Assembly (NCBI RefSeq): GCF_035084215.1
Contig: NC_090327.1
Span: forward strand, 40,300,001 to 40,364,000
Origin: Heptranchias perlo
Taxonomy: Eukaryota
Direction of reading: 5' to 3'
DNA: 64,000 nucleotides
Below the pieces are notes generated by a model, which saw only the letters and a program-made list of their open reading frames with translations, searched no databases and had not been told where the DNA came from. Shown one piece after another: positions 13,343 through 27,395 of the stretch. Every line of letters starts with the position of its first letter. Position 1 is the first letter of the stretch. The translations under genes and the position numbers were made by a program.

Positions 13343-14289
13343 GGGTAAGGTGAACCTCTGCAATTACTGGCTGTGGGATTTTCCAGCCCCATGGGGCAGG
13401 TGGACACATGAAATGCGCCTATAGTGACACTTGCACCCGCCTGCCCCATGCAAATTAAGTGCCCTCCCACTGCAGCAGGGTCTGTGCTGGGGAGCCGCAG
13501 CAGGCACAATCACGTTCTGGGGAATTTCGGGGCTAACATCTTTAACAACTCCAATTCAAAAACACTGTCAAAACAATTGTTAACAATGATGCTGTCATGC
13601 CGACTATACCTGATTTATAGTAGTGTAGTGTATATTCAAGTATTCACTCCCTTGACCCGACCTGCTGTTCTATCTGCAGGAGGTTGAGTGGCCAACCAAA
13701 ACACAGCAGCATGAGTAGTTTGAGCATTGACCAAAGTTTTAGGCATCCCTGCTAATATCTCCTTCTTTGACTTAGTATATACTTTTGTCTGATTATGCCA
13801 ATGAGGCACTCTGGGATGTTTTCCTGTGCTCCCATTCCACTGCAGATCTACTTCCACAGTACTATTTGATCACAAATGCAAAATCTGGAGGAGAAAGGAG
13901 CAGGGAGACTTTTATCTGAAGTCACGTATAGTGCAATTAGAAAATGTTTTTTTTCTTCTGTCTCCAATCATACAAACTTCTCACAGCAATGCAAGCTGTT
14001 TCAGTACTGGTCCACTAATGTGCATTTTGGAAGCCCAGAGTCTGTGAGCCACATCCCCATATTTACGCTGTTAAATTTGTTTTCCATAACCTGATGGCAG
14101 ACTCTTGGAATCAGTTTTACTGGCGTCTGCAAGTCTGCTGTTGGACTACGGAAAATGGATGTAACAGCATAAACATGGAGAGCCGGCTCACGGATGCCTG
14201 GCTCGCAGAATCTGAATGAAAAGATCAGTATAAAAGCTGTTGCAGACTGACCCACAATGGGGTCAAAGTAAAACTGTCACACTACCTGG

Positions 14290-14880
14290 TGTAGCACTAA
14301 GCCATACAGGCTAGAGGGTACTGGGTTCAATTTCTAATCAATACCAAGCTAATTGATCCCAGCTGAAGCAGCAACTACTTGCATTTATATAGCGCCTTTA
14401 ACATAGTAAAAATGTCCCAAGGCAATTCATGGGAATGTTATCAGACATAATTTGACACAGAGTAATATAAAGAGATATTAGGACAGGTGACCAAAAGCTT
14501 AGTCTAACAGGCAGATTTTAAGGAGCGACTTTAAAGGAGGAGAGGTAGAGAGGCGGAGAGGTTAGACAATACAACTGGCCTTAGTGTGGCAGGCATGGGG
14601 CAGGGTGGAGAAAGGCAGCATTTGGTACAGACTGGGAATGGGGGGGGGGGGCGTGGTTGGTCATCATTTCCACTTCTGCTCACTATCCACTGACTGATTC
14701 CTCTGGGAAAATGCAGATGTGAGGTGATGACAGGATCAGGCTTGACTGCAATGTCCTCCATGGTTTAAAAACCTAGGCTCACACATGAACAATTGCCACT
14801 TGGACAAGGAACAAAAGAGCTGTTGGTGCCCATGTAACTGCATCTCAATGGGAAACAGTGGCTTCAGGAGCAGAGGGGAC
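14290..14880 (+). mobile_element. Old tRNA-derived SINE with an L2 3' fragment (minus, about 14372-14570) inserted
   Basis: B-box-like GGGTTCAATTTC near 14326; inserted CTTGCATTTATATAGCGCCTT matches the reverse complement of the L2 tail at 22.1 kb. Confidence 0.55.
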
Positions 14881-15432
14881 AGTCAAGCCATTGTATAGCA
14901 AATTGGAGTGGTCTTCATTTCACTTCTGTTTACTGACAAACTTTGACCATTTGACATCCAACTTTGAGGTTTGTGTAGTTATAAATCAACTGCACAGTAA
15001 TTAGATTAACAAATTATTATGGTATGGGAAAAAGAGAAGGCAGGGGAACTGTTTCTAAGATTAGATCATCAAAAAATAATTGTTGCAAAAATAAACTTAC
15101 TCCCCGTTCGTCAGTACCATTCTCCAAACAAAAACTAATTACTCCAGTTTTAATTCTTGTCAGTTTAAATATTAACAAAATTATCCCAGCTGTATATAAT
15201 TTCAAAGGTTTGTAAAGTAATTTAATATTCTGACTTTTGAAATACTGTAGGATGTCTGTTTTTCCAACCAGTTTCTGGGATCTTGAACCAGCTAACAGGA
15301 GGCAGATGACAACAGTATGGTTTACCTCTCCTATTCTGCAGGGAAGCACATTGCTTCTACATAGTTACTTCTCAGGCAGTCTTGGTAAAATTATTTGTTT
15401 GGGAGGAGAGAGTCAAAGTTAAAAATGAGGGC

Positions 15433-15454
15433 GAGAGAGAGAGAGAGAGAGAGA
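15433..15454. repeat. (GA)n microsatellite
   Basis: Direct reading. Confidence 0.9.
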
Positions 15455-15799
15455 TGGAATTAAACTTTAGCTACGATGCAATTAGAAGAATTTGCTATGG
15501 GCCTAGAAAGCTTACCATTTTTAGGAGAACATTATGATCCTTTATATAAAAACACAAATTTTGAGTAGGTCCTTGACTTTAAAAAAAAAGTCAAATGAAG
15601 GAATCAGTACCGGGGTTGGTGTGAGCTTCGCAACCAGATTACCTTAATTTTTCTTCAGAATTATGCCTGAGTTTTTAAATATTTTGCATCAAGCCAAATT
15701 CTTAGTTCAGTATGCAATGGCCCAGTAACATTCTTTTAATCCTGCACAGCATAACGGCATAAATTAGACATGCACAAAATATATATTACAAACAAACGA

Positions 15800-16236
15800 G
15801 AAAAGAAAGAACTTGCATTCTATAGAACCTCTCTCATCTTCAGAATACTTCATCATTAATTAATTATTTTTGATGCATAGTTACTGTTGTAATGTAGGGA
15901 AATGCAGTAGCCAATTTTCACACAGCAAGGTTCCACAAAGAGCAATGTGATAATGACCAGATAATCTTTTTCTTAAAAAAGTGATATTGGTTGAGGGATA
16001 AATATTGGCCATGACACCGAGGAGAACTCCCCTGCCCTTCTTCCAAATAGTGCCATGGGATCTTTTACATCCATCTGAGGGGGCAGTTTAACGTCATCCA
16101 AACAGACAGAACCTCTAACAGCGCAGCACTCCCTCAGTACTAGTTGTCAGCCAAGATCTTGCGCTCAAGTCACAGGAGTGGGGCTTAAACCCATGACCTT
16201 CTGATTCAGAGGCAAGTGCTAACACTCTGTCAAGGC
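15800..16236 (-). mobile_element. Deu-domain SINE (SacSINE1/AmnSINE1-related) with L2-like tail
   Basis: GTGCCATGGGATCTTTTACATCC..TTTAACGTC..GCAGCACTCCCTCAGTACT matches the Deu core in reverse; tRNA-like head near 16180-16236; AAAGAAAGAACTTGCATT tail. Confidence 0.75.
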
Positions 16237-16639
16237 ACAGCAACACAGTTTTACACCCTCTATTGAATCATACAAAGATTTATTCTGCTTTGTAAAACCA
16301 ACAAATAGCTGTTACATGCATTTATGAATGCTGTGGAGTGGCATGGGCTCTAACACAGAACACTGCTCTCGCAGCACTCCACCTTAGCAACAACAGTGCA
16401 CTTACAATAATGAGTTTCTCATTTGTTTTGTCCTTCTCTCCCGTACTCCCTGCAAATCACAATGACCCATCAGCTCTGTGGATGAAGTTAAAGGCTGACT
16501 GCAGAATGGAGGTTCCAGGAACATTCATAAACTGTGAGCTGGGTCTTTGTACGTACCATTTATCTCTGTTTAGTTCCAATTTTGTGAACTCCCTTTCCAT
16601 TATTTTAGACACCCCACCTAAAGTTTTTGCTATATTTGT

Positions 16640-16828
16640 ATCATAGTAGGTACAGAACAGGAGGTGGCCATTCGGCCCATTGTGCCTGCGCCAGTTCTTT
16701 GAAAGAGCTATCCAATTGGTCCCATTCCCCTGCTTTTTCCCCCATAGCCCTGTAATTTTTTTCCCTTCAAGTATTTATCTAATTCCCTTCTGAAAGTTAC
16801 TATTGAACCTGCTTCCACCACCCTTTGG
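16640..16828 (-). mobile_element. CR1 3' UTR fragment
   Basis: GGCCATTCGGCCCA hairpin and ORF2 C-terminal remnant. Confidence 0.75.
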
Positions 16829-17391
16829 ATAGATTTTTTTTTTTATTTTCCTGAAATTTTCTCTGCTCCCGTCCAGCCTGACATCTCAAGTTCAGAGTGT
16901 GATGATGTGGCTTTTTCCCAAGCCACTGTCCTGTAGAAGCAATTGAGAAATAGCATCAAACGCCATCAGGCTTAATCTCTCCCATTAGAATTAGATGCAA
17001 TTTCATTGCCACACATAGAGTATGCTAGAGTTTACATGCACAGGAGAGTTCCTAGCTTACTGATACTAATGCTTACATAAACACACACACACTTCAGAAA
17101 TTACTGTGTCCCTTTCTGTGGAAGCGCCATTTCTGGTGTCATGCAGAACAAACACAGACAAGGGATAATCAGTAGAGTAAGCTCACATGGGAGTCCTTAT
17201 TTTGTGCCAAGAACGCAAGCTAAGTTCAACTTTTCATCTTTGCTGCCAGAAAAAAAAGTCATCTCTCTCTGCAAACAAATGACGTGGAATTTTTACTCTT
17301 CCAACTCTTTTCAGCTCGCTTGGCCCTATCTTCTGCTTAAATGCCTCTGCCTCACTTTCTTTCTCTGTTTTTAACCATTTTCTGAAAACTT

Positions 17392-18195
17392 ACATAAGAA
17401 ATAGGAGCAGGTGTAGGCCATACGGACCCTCGAGCCTGCTCCACCATTCAATGAGATCATGGCTGATCTTCGACCTCAACTCCACTTTCCTGCCCGATCT
17501 CCGTACCCTTGATTACCTTAGTGCCCAAACATCTATTGATCTCAGCCTTGAATATACTCAATATGAGCATCCACAGCCCTCTGGGGTAGAGAATTCCAAA
17601 GACTCACAACCCTCTGAGTGAAGAAATTTTTCCTCATCTCAGTCTTAAATGGCCGATCCCTTATCTTGAGACGACGACTCCTAGTTCTAGACGCTCCAGC
17701 CAGGGGAAACAGCCTCCCAGCTCCTACACTGTCAAGCCCTCTAAGAATGTTATACGTTTCAATGAAATCATCTCTCATTCTTCTAAACTCCAGAGAGCAT
17801 AGACCCATTCTACTCAATCTCTCCTAACAGAACAACCCTCTCATCCCAGGAATCAACCTAGTGAACCTTTGTTGCACCTCCTCTAAGGCAAGTATATCCT
17901 TCCTTAGGTAAGGAGACCAAAACTGTACACAGTATTCCAGGTGTGGTCTCACCAGAGCCTATATAACTGCAGCCAGACCTCTTTACTCTTATACTCCAAC
18001 CCCCTTGCAATAAAGGCTAACATACTATTTGCCTTCCTAATTGCTTGCTGTACCTACATGTTAACTTTCTGTGATTGGTGTACAAGAGCACCCAAATCCC
18101 TCTGATTACCAACATTTCTTAGTCTCTCACCTTTTTAAAAAATATTCTGCTTTTCTATTCTTCCTACCAAAGTGGATAATTTCACAATTCCCCAT
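17392..18195 (-). mobile_element. CR1 3' fragment
   Basis: SLEFRRMR..FFTQRVVSLWNSLPQRAV; tail at 17392. Confidence 0.9.
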
Positions 18196-18199
18196 ATAC

Positions 18200-18880
18200 C
18201 TTACATCGAGTCTACAGCACAGAAACAGGCCATTCGGTCCAACAGATCTATGCCGGCATTTATCCCCCACACGAGCCTCCTCCCACCCCTCTTCATCTAG
18301 CCCTATTAGCATACCTTCTATTCTTTTCTTCATGATGTGCTTATCTAGCTTCCTCTTAAATGCATCTACGCTATTTACCTCAACTACTCCTTGTGGGAGT
18401 GTTCCACATTTTTACCACTCTTTGGGTAAAGAAGTTTCTCCTGAATTCCCTATTGGACTTATTAATTGACTATCTTGTATTTATGACCTTTAGTTTTCGA
18501 CTTCCCCACAAGTGGAAACATTTTCTCTACATCTGCCCTATTAAACCCTTTCAAAATCTTAAAGACTCTCTATCAGGTCACCCTTCAGCCTTCTATTTTC
18601 TGGAGAAAAGAGCCCCATAGCCTGTTCAGCCTTTCCTGATAAGTATATCCTTTCAGTTCTGGTATCATCCTAGTGAATCTTTTTTGCACCTTCTCCAATG
18701 CTTCTATATCTTTTTTATAATATGGAGACCAGAACTGTGCACAGTACTCCAAGTGTGGTCTAACTAAAACGTCTCTGCTTTTCAATTCTAACCCTCCAGA
18801 AATGAACCCCAGTGCCTGTTTTTTTAAAAAATGGTCTTATTAACCGGCGTCGCTACTTTTAGTGATGTGTATCTGTACTA
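18200..18880 (-). mobile_element. CR1 3' fragment (second subfamily)
   Basis: RPHLEYCAQFWSPYYKKDIEALEKVQKRFTRM; TTACATCGAGTCTACAGCAC end. Confidence 0.9.
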
Positions 18881-20092
18881 CTATGACTATGGTCACATCT
18901 CCTAAACCCCCATTTTCAGTCGGTTTTGCTCTTCTGTGAAGCACCTTGGAATATGTTTGTATGCTAAAGATGCTATACAAAAACAAGTTTGCGTTTTATA
19001 GCTCAAAATGAGTCTGTACACACTTTTAATGGTGTGATATGAATGGGTGACATTCAACCTAACTCACTCTCTCTTATTTGTTCCTCATTCAACCCACTCT
19101 AACTCACTTTCCCTGGACTCTAGGTTATCCATTCCTGTTCCTATCTACTGGTCTTTAAAACCCAAACTTGGTATCACTTGATCACTACTTCATTAATTAT
19201 GTCATCTTCAACCTCAGTGGTGTTCTGCACTGTAGGTCTTGGCCCATCACCTTGGTATCTCCATTTAAAAGGAAAAATGAATCTCCAATAGTAAGGAAGG
19301 ACACTACAGGAGTTTTCAATATTCACAAGGAAGCGTAGAGATCAGGAACTGAGCTACACTCTAAAAGTACTTCATTGGTCATAAAGTGCTTTGGGATGTC
19401 CAGAGGTCATAAAAGGTGCTATATAAATGCAAGTTTGTTCTTTTTTTGAGCTGATTTGAACTGAACAAATACAGTAAATAGGCAAATCTCTTTTCATGAA
19501 TAGAGGCTTCCAAATTCAGCTGGAGTTGGAGATAAGGTAGACACTCCTTCTGCAGTCATCACGATCTCACTAATATGGTCATGCCTCGTGACAGCAGAGC
19601 ATTCCACCTTATGAGAAAACCAGCAGGACTCTTAAGAATAGGCTTCCTGTTTGTTTTGGCACTACTGCTCCTTGAGAAGCCCATTCTGAATCTTCCACAT
19701 CAAAATGGTCCTGTTATTCAATGCACTTTTTGCAGCACAACAGAGAATGAAAAGAAAAAAAATGAAGCGAGCTAATATAAGATCACTTGCACATCTGTAA
19801 GCTATTTTCTACAGGCACTGATCAACACTAAATAGGAATTGTGTAACTCCATCTGTGCAGTTTTCCCACAATTATTCTAGGCCACAAAAGACCACTTTTT
19901 AAAAATACATTTTCCAATCCCAGAAAAGGTCACTAATTGAGTATAGTCAAGGAACTGACAAAATATTTAAGGATTTCCAAGCATTTCCTTCTGTTGGAGG
20001 CTGGGGGAGGGGGATAAAGGAGAAAGCACAGAATAAAGATTTTATTCTCAACAGCAAGTCCATGAACAAAGATTGACTTCAATATGTAAAAT

Positions 20093-20562
20093 TGGATGAG
20101 TGCAGCTCCAACAACACTCAAGAAGCTCAACACCATCCATGAGAAAGCAGCCCATTTGATTGGCACCCCATCCACCACCCTAAACATTCACTCCCTCAAC
20201 CACCAGCGCACAGTGGCTGCAGTGTGTACCATCTACAAGATGCACTGCAGCAACTTGCCATGGCTTCTTCGACAGCACCTCCCAAACCCGTGACCTCTAC
20301 TACCTAGAAGGACAAGGGCAGCGGGAACATGGGAACAACACCACCTGCACGTTCCCCTCCAAGTCACACACCATCCTGACTTGGAAATATATCACCGTTC
20401 CTTCATCGTCGCTGGGTCAAAATCCTGGAACTCCCTACCTAACAGCACTGTGGGAGAACCATCACCACACGGACTGCAGTGGCAGCTCACCACCACCTTC
20501 TCAAGGGCAATAAATGCTGGCCTTGCCAGCGACGCCCACATCCCATGAATGAATATAAAAAA
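20093..20562 (+). mobile_element. HER1-like LINE 3' fragment
   Basis: MSAAPTTLKKLNTI..; tail CCCACATCCCATGAATGAATATAAAA. Confidence 0.9.
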
Positions 20563-21169
20563 GACTAGTCAGAGAATACATGTCACAGTTCAGGTGTGCC
20601 CTTTTCCTCACCCAAGCACTTACGTCCCAAATAAACTAGTTTCCATAAGCAGACTTAACTCTTTTGAACTGAAATCCAGGATTACAAAGAAGTGCTAACA
20701 GGCATTGATTATGTAGACATCGGCCACATTTACACTGCACCCAGTTTGGGATCCAGCCAGGTGGTAAATACTGTTTTCCCACGGTTCAGCTCTTGCCTGA
20801 CTGGAAATCATCTTGTCCTGTCCAGTAGACAACTCTGCTCATTTATGAATACATACATGTACAGAGATCTCTCACAACAGTTAAAAATGTAAATGCTTGG
20901 AAAGTATGGAGGGGTCCTTGGGCTCTATACATTTAGATTAAGGTCAGGTAGGTCTAACACCATGCTGGCTACTTCACATCAAACCAGGGTTGACATCTCA
21001 TAGGATTTCCACTCTTTGCGATGTCAAAGCCAAGGCGATATGAAACTCTTTCCTCGAAGGAGTCTCATGCCACTTTGATCGGAATTAGGTTGGACTGCAA
21101 ATTTAGTGTGGTTGCAGTCGAAATCAATTCACGCAGAAACTAAACATATGGCATAAATGCACACTTAAT

Positions 21170-22183
21170 CCTTGGCCCCCTCCAATTTCTCATTTACATG
21201 CAGCCCCTCGGCGACATCATCGGAAAACATGTCAGGTTCCACACGTACGCTAAGACACCCAGCTCTACCTCACCACCACCTCTCGACCCCTCCACTGTTT
21301 CTCATTTGTTACACTGCCTGTCCGACATTCAGTACTGGATGAGTAAAAATGTCCTCCAACTAAATATTCGGAAGACCGAAGCCATTGCCTTCGGTCCCTG
21401 CCACAAACTCCATTCCCTAGCCATGACTCCATCCCTCTCCCTGGCTACAGTCTGAGGCTGAACCAGATCGTTGGTGTCCTATTTGACCCAGAGATGAGCT
21501 TCCGACCACATATCCGCTCCATCACCAGGACCGCCTACCTCCACCTCTGTAACATGGCCCATCTCCACCCCTGCCTCAGCACATCTGCATCTGAAACCCT
21601 CATTCGTGCCGTTGTTACTTCTAGACTTGACTATTCCAATGCTCTCCTGGCTGGCCTCCCATCTTCCACCTCCATAAACTTGAGCTCATCCAAAACTCTG
21701 CTGCCCATATCCTAACCGTTCACCCATCACCCCTGTGCTCGCTGAACTACATTGGCTCCCAGTCCAGGAACACAGATTTTAAAATTCTCATCCTGACTTT
21801 CAAATCCCTCCATGGCCTCACCCCTCCCTATCTCTGTGACCTCCTCCAGCCCTACAACTATCAGAGATCTCTGCACTCCTCCAATTCTTGCCTCTTGCTC
21901 ATCCCCAATTTTAATCGCTCCACCACTGGCAGCCATGCCTTCAGCTGCCTAGGCCCTAAGCTCTGGATTTCCCTTCCCTAAACCTCTCCGCCTCTCTCTC
22001 TCCTCCTTTAAAACGCTCCTTAAAAACCTACCTCAGACCAAGCTTTTGGTCACCTGTCCTAATATCTCCTTATGTGGCTCGGTGTCAAATTTTGTTTGAT
22101 AACGCTCCTGTGAAGCACCTTGGGACGTTTTACTATATTAAAAGCGCTATATAAATGCAAGTTGTTGTTGTTGTTGTTGTTGT
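21170..22183 (+). mobile_element. L2 LINE 3' fragment
   Basis: PLGDIIGKH, CLSDIQYWMSKN, VTSRLDYSNALLAGLP; tail GCGCTATATAAATGCAAG(TTG)n. Confidence 0.9.
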
Positions 22184-22429
22184 TTAAACAGACGATTGAA
22201 TTTGGATTGTGAATACAGAACCCCCAAAAACACAGTAGTGGACTTCTAGAACAGACTTTATAGAAAAAGTAGTAAATGATGTACTTATTAACTCTCCTAA
22301 ACTTAGATAATTATATCTGGTTAAATTTCTAGGAATTAATTAAGTAAAGATAATGATGACTAAATATTCCATGTAATATAGGGGTAAATACTCATCTTCA
22401 ATTAATGGACCAAAGATCATCATGGTGGC

Positions 22430-22451
22430 AGGGGGGGGGGGGGGGGGGGGG
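22430..22451. repeat. Poly-G run (about 21 nt); similar runs at about 14640, 34848 and 45284
   Basis: Direct reading. Confidence 0.85.
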
Positions 22452-23103
22452 AGAAATTTGTCCAAATTACTAAAATGCATTCCTCGCATGTGAAGCTATA
22501 CATTGAAGATATATATTATCCCCATAATGATTACTATACTGCTGAGACCACTGAAATATGTGGAAAACTACTGGCCAAGGCTGAATAGATATTCTGGGGT
22601 TACACAGCCTTTGACATCAAGGAACAATTATACAGAACTTTCCCCTCAGAAGGTTAAATTGGTGAGATATTATCCATGATAGGTTAGATGATACTTGGTC
22701 TGTGGAAGAGACAGGGGTTGATTGTGGGGTTTTTTATACATGCTTTATTTTCAACATATCAGTCTTCTGTACACCCGAAAGGTATGATGGTATCAATCCC
22801 ATAAATTGATTAATTATAGTTCTTGTTTAATCATTGATCACCAAGATATGACTTAGTAATACTTAGTAAACAAGCTGAACTAGAGATAAAACAATGATAA
22901 AGATTTGGAGTAACAAAAATGCTCAAGAGGTTGACCTTCATCTTAATAAATAGTTTTACAAGACAGAAAAATTACATGCAAATGAGTTACCTCACATTCA
23001 CCTACACTTAATTTAGGCTTAACACTGCCCATAGTAATTGAAAGTGGGAGGCAGATCAGAGATGGGTTGTTGTGACCTGCGTGCTCGAGTTTCCTCTGAT
23101 AAA

Positions 23104-23528
23104 CAGTAGTGTAGTGGTTATGTTACTGAACTAGTAATCCAGAGGCCTGGATAATAATCCACAGAATGTGAGTTCAAATTCCACCAGGACAATGAGAGTT
23201 TGAATCAAGTTTTTTTTTTAAAAAATCTAGAAATAAGAAAAGGTAATCAGTAAAAGTGACCAGGAAACTGCCAGATTTTTGTAAAAACCTAATTGGTTCT
23301 TAATGCCCTTTAGGGAAGGAAACCGGCTGTCCTTACCTGGTCTGGCCTATATATGACTCCAGTCTCACACCAAGTGGTTGACTCTGAAGTGGGCTGGTAT
23401 GTCACTCAGTTGCATCAACAACTTCAAGGGTTCAAGTAGAAAACCTACCAGCACCTTCTCGGGGCAACTAGGGATGGGCAATAAATGCTGGCCTTGCCAG
23501 CAACGTCCATATCCCGAGAATAAAAAAC
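23104..23528 (+). mobile_element. HE1-like SINE (tRNA-derived head, HER1-derived tail)
   Basis: A-box TAGTGTAGTGG, B-box GAGTTCAAATTCC; tail GGCAACTAGGGATGGGCAATAAATGCTGGCCTTGCCAGC shared with the HER1-like LINEs in this window. Confidence 0.8.
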
Positions 23529-23819
23529 ATAAACAAACGTAGCACAGCTAAAACGAATTTCAGTTATTAAAAATAAAACCAAATGAATTAATTTTCCTCC
23601 ACCACTTCAAATTTAATGTTGCAAAGCAAAACAGAAAACTCTTTTATAATAAAACAGAAAACATTTCTGCCTTATGGCCTCTCAGCTCAACTGATGTGGT
23701 CACGGAGACCAAATTAACAGATTTCTATATTGTATTTTTATATGACTTTAGATAGGCAGTGCAAATGCTACTTAAAAATGGCTTCAGTCAGCAGTATCTG
23801 TGAAGGAGGCTCATGGATT

Positions 23820-26800
23820 ACATAGGAACAGGAGTAGGCCACTTAGCTCCTTGAGCCAGTTCCACCATTCAACGAGATCAAGGCTGATGTGTGACCTAAC
23901 TCCATATATGCGCCTTAGCCCCATATCCCGTAATACCTTTGGTCAACAAAAAACTATCAATTTCAGATTTTCAAGGTATTCAGTCACTATCCTTAAATTG
24001 TAGACCCTGCTAATTTCCTGAAAACAGAAGTTAGGCTAACATCTGGGGACTTGTGACAAAATTGAGAGAGCTGTCCCACAGACTAGTCAAGCAATAGCCT
24101 GACATAGCCACACTCATGGAAACATACCTTTCAGCCAAAGTCCCAGATTCTTCAGTCACCATCCCTGGGTATGTCCTGTCCCACCGGCAGGACAGACCAA
24201 CCAAAAGTGGCGGTACAGTGATATACAGTCAGGAGGGAGTGGCCCTGGGAGTCCTCAACATCGACTCCGGACCCCATGAAATCTCATAGCATCAGATCAA
24301 ACATGGGCAAGGAAACCTCCTGCTGATTACCACCTACCGCTCTCCCTCAGCTGATGAATCAGTCCTCCTCCATGTTGAGAAGCACTGAGGGTACAAGGGC
24401 ACAGAATGTACTCTGGGTGGGGAACTTCAATGTCCATCACCAAGAGTGGCTCGGCAGCACCACTACTGACCGAGCTGGTCGAGTCTTGAAGGACACAGCT
24501 GCCAGACTGGGCCTGCGGCAGGTGGTGAGCGAACCAACATGAGGAAAAAACCTACTCGACCTCGTCCTCACCAAACTACCTGTCGCAGATGCACCTGTCC
24601 ATGACGGTATTGGTAGGAGTGACCACCGCACTGTCCTTATGGAGACGAAGTCCCGTCTTCACACTGAGGACACCATCCAACATGTTGTGTGGCACTACCA
24701 CCGTGCTAAATGGGATAGATTCAGAACAGATCTAGCAGCCCAAAACTGGGCATCCATGAGGCGCTGTGGGCCATCAGCAGCAGCTGGAATTGTATTCCAG
24801 CACAATCTGTAACCTCATTGCCCGGCATATTCCTCACTCCACCATTACCAACAAGCCAGGGGATCAACCCTGCTTCAATGAGGAGTGTAGATGAGCATGC
24901 CAGAAGCAGCACTAGGCATATGTAAAAATGAGGTGCCAACCTGGTGAAGCTACAATACAGCACTACATGCATGCTAAACAGCGAAAGCAACATGCTATAG
25001 ACAGAGCTAAGCGATTCCACAACCAATGGATCAGATCAAAGCTCTGCAGTCCTGCCACATCCCAGTCGTGAATGGTGGTGGACAATTAAACAACTAACGG
25101 GAAGAGGAAGCTCTGTGAACATCCCCATCCTCAATGATGGCAGAGTCCAGCATGTGAATGCAAAAGACAAGGCTGAAGAGCTGGCAACCATCTTTAGCCA
25201 GAAGTGCCAAGTGGATGATCCATCTCGGCCTCCTCCCGATATCCCCACCATCACAGAAGCCAGTCTTCAGCCAATTCGATTCACTCCACGTGATATCAAG
25301 AAACGGCTGAGCGCACTGGATACAGCAAAGGCTATGGGCCCCGACAACATCCCGGCTGTAGTGCTGAAGACTTGTGCTCCAGAATTAGCCGCGCTCTCGC
25401 CAAACTGTTCCAGTACAGCTGCAACACTGGCATCTACCCGACAATGTGGAAAATTGCCCAGGTATGTCCTGTCCACAAAAAGCAGGACACATCCAATCCG
25501 ACCAATTACTGCCCCATCAGTCTACTCTCAATCATCAAAGTGATGGAAGGTGTCGTCGACAGTGCTATCAAGCAGCACTTACTCACCAATAACCTGCTCA
25601 CCGATGCTCAGTTTGGGTTCCACCAGGACCACTCGGCCCCAGACCTCATTACAGCCTTGGTCCAAACATGGACAAAAGAGCTGAATTCCAGAGGTGAGGC
25701 GAGAGTGACTGCCCTTGACATCAAGGCAGCATTTGAACAAGTGTGGCACCAAGGAGCCCTAATAAAATTGAAGTCAATGGGAATCAGGGGGAAATCTCTC
25801 CAGTGGCTGGACTCATACCTAGCACAAAGGAAGATGGTAGTGGTTGTTGGAGGCCAATCAGCTCAGCCCTAGGACAGTGCTGCAGGAGTTCCTCAGGGCA
25901 GTGTCCCACGCCCAACCATCTTCAGCTGCTTCATCAATGACCTTCCCTCCATCATAAGGTCAGGAATGGGGATATTCGCTCACGATTGCACAGTTTTCAG
26001 TTCCATTCGCAACCCCTCAGATAATGAAGCAGTCCATGCCCACATCCAACAAGACCTGGACAACATCCAGGATTGGGCTGATAAATGGCAAGTAACATTT
26101 GCGCCAGACAAGTGCCAGGCAATGACCATCTCCAACAAGAAAATCTAACCACCTCCCCTTGACATTCGACGGCATTACCATTGCCGAATCTCCCACCATC
26201 AATATCCTGGGGGTCACCATTGACCAGAAAATTAACTGGACCAGCCACATAAATACTGTGGCTACAAGAGCAGGTCAGAGGCTGGGTATTCTGCAGCGAG
26301 TGACTCACCTCCTGACTCCCCAAAGCTTTTCCACCATCTACAAGGCACAAGTCAGGAGTGTGATGGAATACTCTCCACTTGCCTGGATGAGTGCAGCTCC
26401 AACAACACTCAAGAAGCTCAACACCATCCAGGACAAAGCAGCCCGTTTGATTGGCACCCCATCCGCCACCCTAAACATTCACTCCCTTCACCACCGGCGC
26501 ACCGTGGCTGCAGTGTGTATCATCCACAGGATGCACTGCAGCAACTCGCCATGACCTCTTCGACTGCATCTCCCAAACCCGCGTCTTCTACCACCTAGAA
26601 GGACAAGGGCAAAAGGCACATGGAACAACACCACCTGCACATTCCCCTCCAAGTCACACACCATCCCGACTTGGAAATATATCGCCGTTCCTTCATCGTC
26701 GCTGGGTCAAAATCCTGGAACTCCCTTCCTAACAGCACTGTGGGAGAACCTTCACCACACGGACTGCAGCGGTTCAAGAAGGTGGCTCACCACCACCTTC

Positions 26801-27395
26801 TCAAGGGCAATTAGGGATGGGCAATAAATGCTGGCCTTGCCAGCGACGCCCCCATGAACGAATAAAAAACTGATCTACAATTCCCTGGTTTCCCTCTCTC
26901 ACCTTTCTTAAATGGCAGAGTGACATGTGCAATTTTCCAATCTAAAAGGAACGGTTCCTGAATCGGGAGAATGTTGGAAGATTATAGTTCGGGCATCTGC
27001 AATAGTCTCACCTACTTCCTTTAAAACCCTTGGATGGAAACCATCTGGTCCATCTTGTCATTCTTCAGTGCCGTTATTTTCTTCATTACTGTTAATTTGC
27101 TTACGTTAATTATGGTGAGTCCCTGTCCCTGATTCAAAATTAGTTTCCTTGGGGCGACCGGCATGCTATCTTCTTCCTCTACTGTAAATACTAACGGAAA
27201 CTAATTATTTAACATGTCCACCATTTCCTTAACAATATCACCATTATCAGTTTTTAAGGGGCCCCACATTGCTCTTGACCACCCTCTTTTTTCCTAATAT
27301 AATTGTAAAAATTTTGTGTGTTGATTTTGATATCCCTTACAAGCTTCTTTTCATACTCCTTTTTGTAGCTTTTACTATCTGCTTTGTCACCCACT
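23820..27395 (-). mobile_element. Old CR1 (23820-24040 and 26870-27395) interrupted by a HER1-like LINE
   Basis: GAAGTTAGGCTAAC at 24028-24040 resumes as TGATCTACAATTCC at about 26871 (reverse of a NxRxVSLTS-type motif); CR1 3' hairpin at 23820. Confidence 0.7.
24035..26869 (+). mobile_element. HER1-like LINE, nearly complete but frameshifted ORF2 (EN and RT) with 3' tail
   Basis: VGNFNVHH (EN), AMGPDNIP, QFGFHQDHS, ALDIKAAF, FAHD (degenerate FADD), complete 3' tail. Confidence 0.92.

Noticed and set aside
23104-23190. tRNA gene
   Set aside because: A and B boxes are present but there is no cloverleaf and it continues into a SINE body and LINE-type tail
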